Positions 27,956 through 39,420 are shown, counted from the first letter of the stretch. The stretch: DNA of 64,000 bases from Deltaproteobacteria bacterium (GCA_016704445.1 JADJAE010000165.1:82037-146036); one strand, 5' to 3'. Program-made: numbers and translations. Notes: a model not told the origin generated them from the letters alone.

Positions 27956-30034
27956 TTAAAACCTGCTGGGGTCGCGGTCGGGCTGCCATCGCTGGTCCCA
28001 GCTCGGGCCGCGGCGCTCGACCTCGGTCGCCCGTGGGCGCACGGCCGCGGGGCCCTCCTCGTGCTCGCGGTAGGCCGCCACGAGCCCGCGGTTGACCTCC
28101 ACCACGTCTTCATTGAACTCGCGGTGCACGTCGCTCACGAGCGACAGCCGCTCGACCGCGTCGGCCGTGTCGATGATCGCCCCGTGCGGAACAAACCGCC
28201 CGTCGGGAACCTCCACCCCCACCACCACGGCGCCGATGCCGATGTAGCAGTGCGACCCGACCACCGCGTCGTGCACCACGGCCTTGAAGCCCACGAAGGT
28301 GTCGTCGCCGATGTAGCAGGGCCCGTGCACCAGCGCGTTGTGCGCGATGGAGACGTGGCGTCCCACGTACACGGCCCAGTCCTCCCCGGCGACGGTGACC
28401 CACTTGTTCTTGAGGGCGTGCACCACCACCCCGTCCTGGAGGTTGGTGTTGCTGCCGATGAAGAAGGGCGAGCCCTCATCCGCGCGCACCGAGCTGCCCG
28501 CCGCGATGTGGACGTTCTCTCCCATCACCACCCGGCCGATCACCGAGGCCTGCCGGTGCACGAAGGAGGAGGCGGAGACCACCGCGCGGTCCCTGATCTG
28601 GCTGAGCCACTTGTGGTGGCCCGGGGCCTCGAGCTCGGTCGACGGACGGCGGCCCTTGGCCTCCTCGCGCCCCAGCACCGCGCGGATGCCCTTCTCGCGG
28701 CGCTTGGAGAGCTGCACCTCGGCGGCGTGCTCGTGGCGATGCAGGAAGGCGTGAAGCGCGTGGAGCACGAAGCCCCCGACGAGGCCCATCACCAGGTGGC
28801 CGGTGACGGTGCCCACGGCGGTGACCAGGAAGGCCGCGGCCTCGATGCGCTCCTTGCGGGCGAGCTCGATGAGGGTGCCCACCTCGACGAGGCGGAAGCC
28901 CACCACGCAGAGCAGACCCCCGAGCGCCGCCAGCGGAACCTGCGCGATGGTGCTCCCCAGCAGCAGCACCGAGGCCGCCAGCAGGACGCCGTGCACCAGC
29001 GCCGAGAGCCGGGTGCGACCGCCGCTCTGGACGTTGACCCCGGAGCGCACGATCACGCCCGAGACGGGCATCCCCTGGAGGAGCCCGACGCCGAGGTTGG
29101 CGAGGCCCTGACCGAAGAGCTCGAGGTCGGGGTTGTGGGGCTTGTACTCCGGGGTCATGCGGTCGACCGCGCGCGCCGAGAGCAGCGACTCGATGGAGGC
29201 CAGCAGCGCGAGCGGCAGGGTGGCGGCGGCGAGGTCGAGCCAGCGCTCGTCGGGGATGCTCGGGAAGATCGGGTGGGGGATGGTCGCGGGCACGGCCCCG
29301 ACGCGCTCGAGGTTCCAGCGCAGGTAGACCGAGACGGCGGTGATGAGCCCGATGCCGAGGATGGCCGCGGGGAAGCGCTTCAGGTGCCGCGTGGAGCTCA
29401 CCAGGAAGGCCACGAAGAGGCCGCTCACCACCGCGGTCCACGAGACGTGATGCAGCCACGCCGGGCGGTGCATCATCTGGGCGAGCTCGTAGACCCGGTA
29501 GTCGAAGCCGAGCACCTCGGGAATCTGGCTGTCGAGCAGCTTGAGCCCGACGCCGGTGGTGAGGCCCGCGAGCACGGATTCGGGCACGCGCTTGCCAAGC
29601 CGTCCGGCCAGCGAGAACGACAGCACGAGCTGAACGACCCCGATCATCATGGCCGCCGCCGCCACGCCCGTCGCGCCGAAATTGTGGGCCAGCGCGAGCA
29701 CCATCACGTTGAGCGCCGCCGCGGGCCCGGTGACCTGGAACCGCGCCCCGCCGAAGGCCGCCGCGATGCTGCCTCCCACGGCGCCCGCGATGAGCCCGGC
29801 CACCGGGGGAAGGCCGCTCGCGACCGCCAGCGCCACGTTGAGCGGGAGCGCCACCGCGGCGACCGTGAGGCCCGCGATGAGGTCGGACACGAAGCCCGTG
29901 GAGCGGGCGACGTCCTTCCAGCTCTGCCACCAGTCCGTCGCCATCGAGAGCCAGCCCGCCTTGAGGGGGACGAATGGGTTGTCGCGCTGGCCGGACGCGG
30001 GACTCGAGGCGGGGTGATGGGGGCTGTGGTTCAT
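27956..30034 (-). CDS. SulP-family anion transporter fused to a C-terminal gamma-carbonic-anhydrase (left-handed beta-helix) domain
   Basis: SulP N-terminal signature DLIAGLTVAAVALP and about 11 TM helices. C-terminal 170 aa has hexapeptide repeats with the His pattern (HNALVHGPCYIGDDTFVGFKAVVHDAVVG) typical of gamma-CA. Start ambiguous: 30034 (MNHS) or 29944 (MATDWW). Confidence 0.75.
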   Translation of the reverse strand: MNHSPHHPASSPASGQRDNPFVPLKAGWLSMATDWWQSWKDVARSTGFVSDLIAGLTVAAVALPLNVALAVASGLPPVAGLIAGAVGGSIAAAFGGARFQVTGPAAALNVMVLALAHNFGATGVAAAAMMIGVVQLVLSFSLAGRLGKRVPESVLAGLTTGVGLKLLDSQIPEVLGFDYRVYELAQMMHRPAWLHHVSWTAVVSGLFVAFLVSSTRHLKRFPAAILGIGLITAVSVYLRWNLERVGAVPATIPHPIFPSIPDERWLDLAAATLPLALLASIESLLSARAVDRMTPEYKPHNPDLELFGQGLANLGVGLLQGMPVSGVIVRSGVNVQSGGRTRLSALVHGVLLAASVLLLGSTIAQVPLAALGGLLCVVGFRLVEVGTLIELARKERIEAAAFLVTAVGTVTGHLVMGLVGGFVLHALHAFLHRHEHAAEVQLSKRREKGIRAVLGREEAKGRRPSTELEAPGHHKWLSQIRDRAVVSASSFVHRQASVIGRVVMGENVHIAAGSSVRADEGSPFFIGSNTNLQDGVVVHALKNKWVTVAGEDWAVYVGRHVSIAHNALVHGPCYIGDDTFVGFKAVVHDAVVGSHCYIGIGAVVVGVEVPDGRFVPHGAIIDTADAVERLSLVSDVHREFNEDVVEVNRGLVAAYREHEEGPAAVRPRATEVERRGPSWDQRWQPDRDPSRF

Positions 30035-30183
30035 CGGGCGCCGCCCCGAGCACGGAGCGAACCACATGGGGAAACAGCCACAACTGGGGGTGGCGCTCTG
30101 CCGCAGGAAACCGCAGCGTGCGGCGGATTGCCGCCCTCCCCCCCTCCGGCCGGGGCCCAGGGTTTAGGTGCTATCGTCCGCCC

Positions 30184-31041
30184 GTGCAGCAGCTCCTCGA
30201 CGCGGTCGTGACCTTCCCGGGGGCCATGTACACGGTGCTCCTGGGCGTCGTGACGCTCTACTGGATCTCCATGCTGCTGGGCGCGGTCGACCTCGACCTG
30301 CTGGGCGGCGCCGAGCACGGAGGCACCGAGGCCGCGGCGGAGGGCGCGCTCGACGGTCACGGCGCCGGGGACGGGCACCTCGATCACGGCGGGGACATCG
30401 ACCACGGCGGGGACGTCGACCACGGGGAGGCCGAGGTCGGGGAGGCCGAGCACGGAGGCGCCGACCACGGGGACGACGGGGTGCTGAGTTCCCTCGGCGC
30501 GCTGGGGCTGCGCAAGCTGCCGATGACGGTGAGCGTGAGCCTGCTGGTGATCTGGGGCTGGCTGGTGAGCGTGCTGGGCGCGCTGACGCTCGCCGAGCCG
30601 GCGTCGCGCTACCTGCCTTCTGGGGTGTTCCGGGGGTTGCTCTTCGTCGTGGCGGCGCTGAGCTCGCTGAAGCTGGCGAGCCTGTCGGCGCGGCCCATTG
30701 CACCGCTCTTCGTGGCCAACAAGGCCTCGCGGCGGGAGCACCTGGTGGGCAAGCTGGCGGAGGTCTCGACGGGCAGGCTCGACGCGCGCTTCGGCCAGGT
30801 GCTGGTGTCCGACGGCGGCGCGGGCCTGCTGATCGACGCGCGCCACGAGGGCGGCGACGCCCTCAAGCGCGGCGACCGGGTGATCGTGACCTCGTGGGAG
30901 TCCGAGCGGGGCTTCGTGCTGGTGGAGCCCATCGACCGCTTCACGACGCTGAGGGTCGAGGGCGGGGCGCCGTCCGTCGCGGAGTCCGGCGAGCCCGAGG
31001 CGAAGTCGTGCGACGTTGCGGTCAAGCGGGTGATACGGTAG
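30184..31041 (+). CDS. NfeD/YqiJ-like membrane protein (OB-fold C-terminus), partner of the downstream flotillin
   Basis: GTG at 30184 (or ATG at 30226). Two TM regions separated by an acidic His/Asp/Gly-rich loop. C-terminus VLVSDGGAGLLIDARHEGGDALKRGDRVIVTSWESERGFVLVEP is an NfeD-type OB fold. Confidence 0.55.
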   Translation: MQQLLDAVVTFPGAMYTVLLGVVTLYWISMLLGAVDLDLLGGAEHGGTEAAAEGALDGHGAGDGHLDHGGDIDHGGDVDHGEAEVGEAEHGGADHGDDGVLSSLGALGLRKLPMTVSVSLLVIWGWLVSVLGALTLAEPASRYLPSGVFRGLLFVVAALSSLKLASLSARPIAPLFVANKASRREHLVGKLAEVSTGRLDARFGQVLVSDGGAGLLIDARHEGGDALKRGDRVIVTSWESERGFVLVEPIDRFTTLRVEGGAPSVAESGEPEAKSCDVAVKRVIR

Positions 31042-31102
31042 CGCCGCGTCTGGTGGGTCGCAGGCCCGCAGCGGGCCCGACGTCTCGACGGAGGAGTGTT
31101 TG

Positions 31103-32899
31103 ATGGAGCAGTTGATCCCCATCCTGGTCGCGGTGGTCGCGCTGGTGTTGCTGGCGTTCGGCGTGTTCGCGCTGCTGGCGCGCTTCTATCGCCAGGTCGA
31201 TCAGGGCAAGGCCCTCATCGTCAACACCTTGAAGAGCGAGCCCCTGGTGACGTTCACCGGGGCCATCGTCTACCCGATCATCCACCGCGCCGAGGTGATG
31301 GACATCTCGGTGAAGACCATCGAGATCGACCGCCGCGGCAAGGAGGGCCTGATCTGCAAGGACAACATCCGCGCGGACATCAAGGTCACGTTCTTCGTGC
31401 GGGTGAACAAGACCCACGAAGACGTGCTGAAGGTGGCGCAGGCCATCGGGTGCGTGCGCGCGAGCGACCAGGGCACCGTCGAGGGCCTCTTCGAGGCGAA
31501 GTTCGCCGAGGCGCTCAAGACCGTCGGCAAGCGGATGAACTTCGAGGACCTCTACAAGGAGCGCGACCACTTCAAGGACGCGATCATCGAGGTCATCGGC
31601 AAGGACCTGAACGGGTTCGTGATGGACGACTGCGCCATCGACTACCTGGAGCAGACGCCCATCGAGTCGCTCGACCAGAACAACATCATGGACGCGGAGG
31701 GCATCCGGAAGATCACCGACCTCACGGTGACCCAGAACCTCAAGACCAACGAGCTCCGCCAGAAGGAGCGCATGGAGACCGGGTCGCAGAACCTGGCCGG
31801 CGACGAGGCGATCTTCCGCTTCGAGCAGAAGCGCTCGGAGGCCGAGGCGCGCAAGAACAAGGAGGTCTCCATCTCGCAGTCGCGGGAGCAGAACGAGGCC
31901 CAGCGCATCGCCAACGAGGAGGCCAAGCGCACGCTGCTCGCGCACGAGAAGAACTCCGAGGAGACCATGGTGGCGCAGCAGGCCCGCGAGCGCGCGGTGC
32001 TCGTCGCCATGAAGAACAAGGAGCGCGAGATCGCCGTGGAGATCGAGCGCGTCGAGCGGGCGCGGCAGATGGAGGTCACCACGCGGGAGAACGACGTGAT
32101 CGCCCAGCAGATCACCCGGCAGGCCGAGATCGAGCGGCAGAAGCGGGAGATCGCGGAGGTGGTGCGCGGGCGCATCGCCGTCGACAAGACCGTCGCGGAG
32201 GAGGAGGAGCGCATCAAGGACGTGCGCGCCATCGCCGAGGCCAGCCGGCACCGCGACACCCTGAAGATCGCGGCGGAGGGCGAGGCCGCCCAGATGACCA
32301 CCCGGCAGGTGAAGGCGGCGGAGGCGGCCGAGGAGGTCGCCAAGGCGCAGGCGCGGCAGCGGCTGGTGCTGGCGGACGCCGACCTCGAGGTGGCGGACAA
32401 GCAGTCGCGGGCGAAGGTGCGGCTGGCGGAGGGCACGCAGGCCGAGGCGTCGGCGGCGGGCCTCGCGGCGGCGAGGGTGCGCGAGGCCGACGCCAAGGCG
32501 CTGGAGCTGACCGGCGCGGCGGAGGCGAGCGCGATCCGGGCGAAGATGAGCGCGGAGGCGTCGGGCATCGGCGAGAAGGCCGAGGCGATGAAGGCGCTCG
32601 ACAGCGTGAGCCGCGAGCACGAGGAGTTCAGGCTGCGGCTCGACCAGCAGAAGGTGATCTCGCTGGAGTCGATCCGCGCCAAGCGGGACGTCGCGGGGGT
32701 GCAGGCCGAGGTGCTGCGCTCGGCCTTCGAGCACGCGAAGATCAACATCGTGGGCGGCGACGGGGCCTTCTTCGAGCGCTTCATCCGCGCGGTGACGGTG
32801 GGGCAGTCCATCGACGGCGCGGTCGACCAGAGCGAGGTGCTCAAGGGACTGATGAGCCAGCTCGGCTCGATCTCCGCGGACGACGCTCCGAAGGGCTGA
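31103..32899 (+). CDS. Flotillin-family SPFH protein (YqiK/FloT-like)
   Basis: GGAGGAG RBS then ATG at 31103. N-terminal hairpin TM LIPILVAVVALVLLAFGVFALLA, an SPFH domain, and a long Glu/Ala/Arg-rich coiled coil, the flotillin hallmark. Confidence 0.8.
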   Translation: MEQLIPILVAVVALVLLAFGVFALLARFYRQVDQGKALIVNTLKSEPLVTFTGAIVYPIIHRAEVMDISVKTIEIDRRGKEGLICKDNIRADIKVTFFVRVNKTHEDVLKVAQAIGCVRASDQGTVEGLFEAKFAEALKTVGKRMNFEDLYKERDHFKDAIIEVIGKDLNGFVMDDCAIDYLEQTPIESLDQNNIMDAEGIRKITDLTVTQNLKTNELRQKERMETGSQNLAGDEAIFRFEQKRSEAEARKNKEVSISQSREQNEAQRIANEEAKRTLLAHEKNSEETMVAQQARERAVLVAMKNKEREIAVEIERVERARQMEVTTRENDVIAQQITRQAEIERQKREIAEVVRGRIAVDKTVAEEEERIKDVRAIAEASRHRDTLKIAAEGEAAQMTTRQVKAAEAAEEVAKAQARQRLVLADADLEVADKQSRAKVRLAEGTQAEASAAGLAAARVREADAKALELTGAAEASAIRAKMSAEASGIGEKAEAMKALDSVSREHEEFRLRLDQQKVISLESIRAKRDVAGVQAEVLRSAFEHAKINIVGGDGAFFERFIRAVTVGQSIDGAVDQSEVLKGLMSQLGSISADDAPKG

Positions 32900-32905
32900 T
32901 CCAAC

Positions 32906-35900
32906 ATGGCCGACGCCTCGCCGGACGCTCCCCCCCCGAACGCGCCGACGGGCGCGGCCACGACGACGACGGATGAACTCGGCGGCAGCTACGAGGTCAT
33001 CCGTCGGCGGCTCCTCTCCTCCGCCGAGGCGCTCTCGCAGAAGGCCGAGCGGCTCAACGCCCGGCGCAAGGAGGTCTTCGGCGGGAGCGAGCTCGCGCTC
33101 GTCGCCACCGAGCGGGTGCGCACGGAGAACAACTGCCTCCCGCGCGACATCGTGGCGATCGGCCCGAGGCTGCTGGTGGGCTTCAACGTCTTCGTCGGGA
33201 TGAAGTCCGAGGTGACGGTCCCGGACGTGTTCGCGCTCTACAGCCTCGACCGGCCCGACGGGGCGGCGCTCACCCTCTCTCCCCTCCCCCTCGAAGACGG
33301 CGGGATCTTCTCCGACGAGCGCTTCCAGAAGGACTTCACCGACCTCTTCCGCTACGTGCGCGACGCCCGCCTCGGGCAGCTCCGGCGCACCGACCAGCGG
33401 CTGCTCGCGGTCTTCGCCACGGGCACCGGCGAGCGCGACAAGCGGGTGATGCGCTGGGGCATCGACGCGTCGGGCAGGGTCTCGTACATGGACGCGCGCG
33501 GCGAGGACGACCACGTCCGGCCGAGGGCGCACGACTTCGCCTGGAAGGTCACCACCCGCGACGACCAGGTGCAGGGGCGCCACCCCCACGTGAGCATCCT
33601 CGACGAGGTCTTCGTCGAGACCATCGGCGGCGACCTCACCATCAAGGTCGAGAACAACACCTCGACGGGCCAGGGGCTCTACTCCGAGCCCGTGGAGGAC
33701 GCCAACCAGGCCCTCGACGACGCGCAGATCGCGTACGCGCGCCTCGGGGCGTTGATCCTGTTGAGGGTGAAGCCGTACCGCGAGACGACGGCGCGGCACT
33801 TCATCTACAACCCGCGGCGTCGGCAGGTGCTGCGCGTCGACTCCATCGAGCAGGCGTGCCTCGCGCTCCCGGAGGACCAGGGGGTGCTCTACCCCGACGG
33901 CTATTACCTCCTCACGGGGGAGCACAAGCGCTTCGAGACCAACGGCGGTCCGATGCACTTCGAGCGCGCGCTGAAGGCTCCCAACGGGGAGGACGTGCTC
34001 TACGTCTTCTATCGGGACGCCGACGGGAGCTACCTGCTCTTCCCGTACAACCTGATTCGCAAGGAGGTGGCCTCGCCCATCGCCTGCCACGGGTATTCGT
34101 TGTTCGAAGACGGGACCCTCATCGTGGTGCGCGCGGCGCCGGGAGACGAGCCCACGCGCGTCCACCCGATGCAGGTCTGGCGCACGCCCTTCACCTCCGC
34201 GGAGTTCGCGGCGGCGGCGCCGGTGACGGGGTCGTTCCTGGCCAAGGTGGGCAACCCCGACCTGGTGCGGGGCATCTCCGAGTCGCTCTCGCTGAAGCGG
34301 CTCGCCAACACCGACACCCCCACCCGGCAGACCTGGGAGGACCTCATCGCGGCGACCGGGCGGATGGTGGACGCGTTCCACTGGCTCGGCCACGAGGAGG
34401 CCTTCGACCTGCTCTCGACGGTGAAGGAGCTGCGCGGCATCGCCGGGCAGATCATCGACGAGTTCGAGAAGGTCGAGGCCATCCGCAGGCGCGCCTCCGA
34501 GGCGCTGGCGAAGGCCGAGGAGCACCAGCGCGAGCTCCTCTCCGGTCGCCCGCAGGACCTCCGCTCCGCGGCGTCCTTCATGGACTCTCTCACGGCGCTG
34601 CGCCGTCAGCGGGGCTCCCTCGGGACGCTGCGCGAGCTGCGCTACATGGACCTCCCCCGGGTCGACGCGCTGGAGGCCGAGGTCGACGCCCGCTTCAAGG
34701 AGACCAGCTTCGCCGCGGCGGACTTCCTCTCCGGCGCCGACTCGCTCCGGCCGCTGCTCGACGCGATCGCGGCTGCGGTCGACCGGGCGGGCAAGGCCAC
34801 GCGCACGGTGGAGCTCGCCCCGCTGGTCAAGGAGGTCGACACCGTCCACGAGGGGCTGACGGTGCTCTCGGAGACCGTGGCGGGACTCGAGGTCGACGAC
34901 CCGACGATGCGCACGAAGATCCTCGACGCGGTGAGCGAGGTCTTCGCGCAGCTCAACCGGGCGCGCGCCATCGTGCAGGGCCGCGCGAAGGAGCTGCGAG
35001 GCTCCGAGGGCCGGGCCGAGTTCGGCGTGCAGGTGAAGGTCTTCCAGCAGGCGGTGCAGAGCGCGCTGGCGGTGGCCGACTCGCCGGAGAAGTGCGACGC
35101 GTCGCTCTCGCGGCTGCTGGTGCAGGTCGAGGAGCTGGAGGGCCGCTTCGGGGAGTTCGACGAGTTCGCCACCGAGCTGGCCACGCGCCGCGAGGAGCTC
35201 CACGACGCCTTCAGCGCGCGGCGGCAGGCGCTGCTCGACGAGCGGCAGAAGCGCGCGCAGAACCTCCTCAACGCCGCCGACCGCATCCTCCAGGGCGTTC
35301 TTCGCAGGGCGCGGGCCTTCGCGACGGCGGAGGAGCTCAACTCCTTCTTCGCGGGCGACCCGATGGTCACCAAGGCCCGCGAGCTGGTGGAGCAGCTCCG
35401 AGGGCTCAACGACACGGTGAAGGCCGACGAGATCGACGGCCGCATCCGCTCGGCGAAGCAGGACGGGCTGCGCGCCCTGCGCGACCGGAGCGACCTCTTC
35501 GAGGGCGCCGACAACGTCATCAAGCTGGGGCGGCACCGGTTCTTCGTGAACACCGAACCCCTGGAGCTGACCATCGTCCCCAGGGAGGGGCAGCTCGAGG
35601 CGCACCTCACCGGGACGGACTACTTCGAGCCCATCGAGGACGCGGTGCTCAGCGAGGCCCGCGACCTCTGGGAGCAGGGGCTGCCGAGCGAGTCCCCGGA
35701 GGTCTACCGCGGCGAGTACCTCGCCTACACGGTGCTCACCGACGCCCTGCGAGGCGAGCGCGGCCTCTCGCTCGAACGACTGAAGCAGGAGGCGCTCACC
35801 GAGGGCGCGCTGCTGGCGACGGTGCGCGCGGCGGCGGCCGACCGGCACGACGAGGGCTACGAGCGCGGCGTGCACGACGTCGACGCGGCGGCCATCCTGG

Positions 35901-38675
35901 CGAAGCTGGTGGCGCTGCTGGGCGCGGCCGGCACCCTGCGGCACGAGAGCGGCGCGCGGCCTGGGGGTGCTGCACCTCGCGACGCTCGAAGACGCCACAA
36001 GGGCGCTGCTCACCCGTCGCTGCCGTAGCGCGGCGAGGCTGAGGGCGATCACCGGCGCGGCCGACGCACAGGACGAGATCACCCGCGAGCTCACCGGGGC
36101 CATCGTGGCGACGAGCGTGCATTGGAAGCTCCCGGCGAGCGAAGGCGAGCGAAGGAGGGCGGGGCGCTACCTCGTCGAGGAGCTCGGCGGCGGGAAGACG
36201 AAGTGCGTCCTGTCGGGCGAGGCCGTGGCGCTGCGGGATGCGTTCCTGCAGGCGGCGCACGAGGCGGGGGCGAGGCTGCCCTTCGAGGACGACGTGCGGG
36301 CGATGGAGAAGTTCCCCGCCGAGGTGCTGGCGCTGGCGCTGCGCTGGGTGGAGGGCTTCGCGGCCCGCACGCCGGGGGGCCCTGCGTTCGCCCGCGAGGT
36401 GGCCGTCGCGCTGGTGACCGCGCGACGGGATCGAGCGGGAGGCCAGCAGCACCGCGCTGGAGGCCGGGTCGAGGGGCTGCTGGGGCAGCACCCGCGGGTG
36501 AGACCGGGCGTGTCCGCTGCGGCTGGACGAGTTTCTCGCGCGGCTGGAGGGCTACGTCGAAGACCGGCTGCCGCGGTGGCGGGCGTACCGCAAGGCGCGC
36601 ACCGAGGTGGCGGCGCGCGAGCGGCACCGGCTGCGGCTCGACGAGTTCGCCCCGCGGGTGCTGTCGAGCTTCGTGCGCAACCAGCTCATCGACGAGGTGT
36701 ACCTCCCGCTGGTGGGCGCCAACCTGGCCAAGCAGCTCGGCGCCGCGGGCGACGCCAAGCGCACCGACCTCATGGGCCTGCTGCTGCTCGTGTCGCCGCC
36801 GGGCTACGGCAAGACGACGCTGATGGAGTACGTCGCGAGCCGCCTGGGGCTGGTGTTCGTGAAGGTCAACGGGCCGTCGCTGGGGCACGCGGTGGTGAGC
36901 CTCGACCCCGCCGAGGCGCCCAACGCCACCGCGCGGCAGGAGGTCGAGAAGATCAACCTCGCGCTGGAGATGGGCAACAACGTGATGCTGTACCTGGACG
37001 ACATCCAGCACACGAACCCCGAGCTGCTGCAGAAGTTTATCTCGCTCTGCGACGGGTCGCGGCGCATCGAGGGCGTGTGGAAGGGGCGCACGCGCACCTA
37101 CGACCTTCGCGGCAAGCGCTTCTGCATCGTGATGGCGGGCAACCCCTACACGGAGTCCGGGGCGCGCTTTCGCATCCCCGACATGCTCGCCAACCGCGCC
37201 GACACGTACAACCTCGGTGACATCCTCGGCGGCCGCGACGACGCCTTCGCGCGCTCGTACCTGGAGAACGCCCTCACCTCCAACGCCACCCTCGCCCCCC
37301 TCGCGGGCCGCGACCCGAAGGACCTCTACAAGCTCATCCGCATGGCCGCAGGGCGAGGTCATCCCTCGACGGAGCTGGCGCACCCCTACAGCGCCGCGCG
37401 GAGGTCGCGGAGGTCACCGCGGTGCTGCGCAACCTGATGCTCGCCCAGCGGGTGCTGCTGGCCGTCAACGCGAGTACATCCGCCAGCGCCTCGCAGGAGG
37501 ACGCCTACCGCACCGAGCCGCCCTTCAAGCTCCAGGGCAGCTACCGCAACATGAACAAGGTGGCCGAGAAGGTGGTCGCCGCGCACACGTCCGAAGAGAT
37601 TGAGGCCCTCGTCGACGACCACTACACCAGCGAGTCGCAGACGCTCACCACCGGCGCCGGAGCAGAACCTCCTCAAGCTGGCCGAGCTGCGCGGGCGGAT
37701 GAGCGAGGCGCAGCACGCCCGCTGGGCGGCGATCAAGAAGGAGTTCGCGCGGCAGAAGCGCGTCGGAGGCAAGGACGACGACCCGGTCGCCCGGGTCACC
37801 GGGACGCTCTCCAGCCTCGGCGAGGAGCTCGAGCGGATGCGCACGGAGATCACCCGCGCGTCGGAGCGCCTCGGTCGACGAGCGATCGGCATGGCGAAGG
37901 TGCTCGCTCCGCAGCTCGCGGGCCTGGAGGCCGCGCTGCGGGCGTGGCGCGGCCGACGCTGGAGGTGAAGGTCCCGGGTCCGAGGCGAGCGCGAACGCGA
38001 TCGTCGACCGGCTGTCGGGCCTCGCGGCCACGCTCGGTCCGGTGATGCGCGCGACGCAGCACGGGCTCGGGACGCTGCCCGACGTGCTCACCACCATGGT
38101 CGCGGTGCTCGAACGCCTGGAGAAGAAGCTCGCCGAAGGGGGCCTCGCGGTGGCCGTGGCGAGCGCCGCGCCACCGCGGAGCTGGGCCCACCCGGTCGGG
38201 CCCACCCAGCGCTCGGCGCCTGCTGGGGGCGGTGGTGCGACGCTCGTCGGCCCCCCCGCCTCCGGCGCGGCGGCCGGAGGTGCCTACGGCGCCCTCTGCG
38301 ATGCCGCCCCTCGCGGGCGTCGTCGAGTCGGCCCCGGCGACCATGCGGGTGCGCTTCGAGACCGAGCTCGGCGCCGTGTCGGTGTCGAACTTCTTCGTGC
38401 CGGCGGGCCTCGACCGCGACGTGGTGCGCGACGGCGGGGTCTTCGTGCAGACCTACCGCAAGCTCCCGCCGCTCGGGTCGGTGGTGACCGTGGCCATGCG
38501 CTTCGCAGGCGGCGGGATCATCGAGACCGAGGCCGAGGTGGTCTATGCCGTCGAGGCCTCGCTGAGCGAGCCGCACCCGGGCTTCGGAGCGCGGCTGCTG
38601 CGCCTCACGCCGTCGCAGGAGGGCATCCTGCGGAGGTACCTGCTCGACCGCGATCCGCTGGTGCACAAGGGCTGA
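32906..38675 (+). pseudogene. Approximately 1900-aa multidomain gene: large N-terminal region, AAA_5-type ATPase, C-terminal PilZ-like domain. Disrupted by at least six frameshifts (or indel errors)
   Basis: ATG at 32906 is 4 nt after the flotillin stop. Frames run 2 to 0 to 1 to 0 to 1 to 2 to 0 along 35.95-38.25 kb; the first shift is at a GGGGG run (about 35968). Walker A LLVSPPGYGKTTLMEY, Walker B VMLYLDDIQH, sensor FCIVMAGNPY. The terminal segment MRVRFETELGAVSVSNFF...TVAMRFAGGGIIETEAEVVYAV is PilZ-like. Confidence 0.55.
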
Positions 38676-38747
38676 CGTCGCGGCTACGGGCCGATCGACA
38701 CGGTGAGAGGAGCGATGGTCAGCGCTCGTCCGTCGCGCATGGCCCGA

Positions 38748-39407
38748 TCAGGGCGCCTGATTGGCGGCGCCGGGCGTCGGGCGGTTGGGGACGAGCTCGC
38801 CCGCGCCGTTCGGCAGCCGCCCCCACGTCTGCCCCGATGGAACCGCGTCGGCGGGGTACAGCCCGCGCGCGACGACGCGCCCCGTCGGATCGAGCACCGA
38901 CACCGTCTCGCCCCGCGACGCGCTGATGGACCACGACGCGTGAAAGCACGGCGACGGCCCGCCCGCGAGGCACTGCGACTGCGGCCCGACGCCGGCGTCG
39001 GCGACGCCCGCGAGCACGAAGAGGTATCCCCCGGGGACGAGCATCGTGCCCGCGGGGAAGCGCACGACGCCCGAAAGGCGGGGCGTGCCCGCGTCGGGGT
39101 CGAGGTCCGCGAGGGTGTAGCCGCCGAGGTCGAACGCGCTGCTCCCGGCGTTGAAGAGCTCGACCCAGTCGTCGCCCGCCGCGCGGATCTCGTTGACCAC
39201 GAGCCCGCCCGCGCCGACGTCCGTGGGCGTGCCCGCCTCCGTTCGCGCGCCCGCGTCGGAGGAGGCCCCCGCGTCGACCCCGCTCGGAGCGTCCATCGTC
39301 GTCACCGCGTCGGCCGCCGTGTCGCCCACGTCGACGACCTGCTCGCGCGCCTCCGAGCAACCCTGCGCGACCAGCGCGAACGCCACCATCCACCCATCGA
39401 TCTTCAT
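38748..39407 (-). CDS. Lipoprotein with a lamin-tail (LTD) domain
   Basis: VAFALVAQGCSE lipobox. LVVNEIRAAGDDWVELFNAGSSAFDLGGYTL is the LTD signature. Confidence 0.65.
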   Translation of the reverse strand: MKIDGWMVAFALVAQGCSEAREQVVDVGDTAADAVTTMDAPSGVDAGASSDAGARTEAGTPTDVGAGGLVVNEIRAAGDDWVELFNAGSSAFDLGGYTLADLDPDAGTPRLSGVVRFPAGTMLVPGGYLFVLAGVADAGVGPQSQCLAGGPSPCFHASWSISASRGETVSVLDPTGRVVARGLYPADAVPSGQTWGRLPNGAGELVPNRPTPGAANQAP

Positions 39408-39420
39408 CGTCGTCCCTCTT

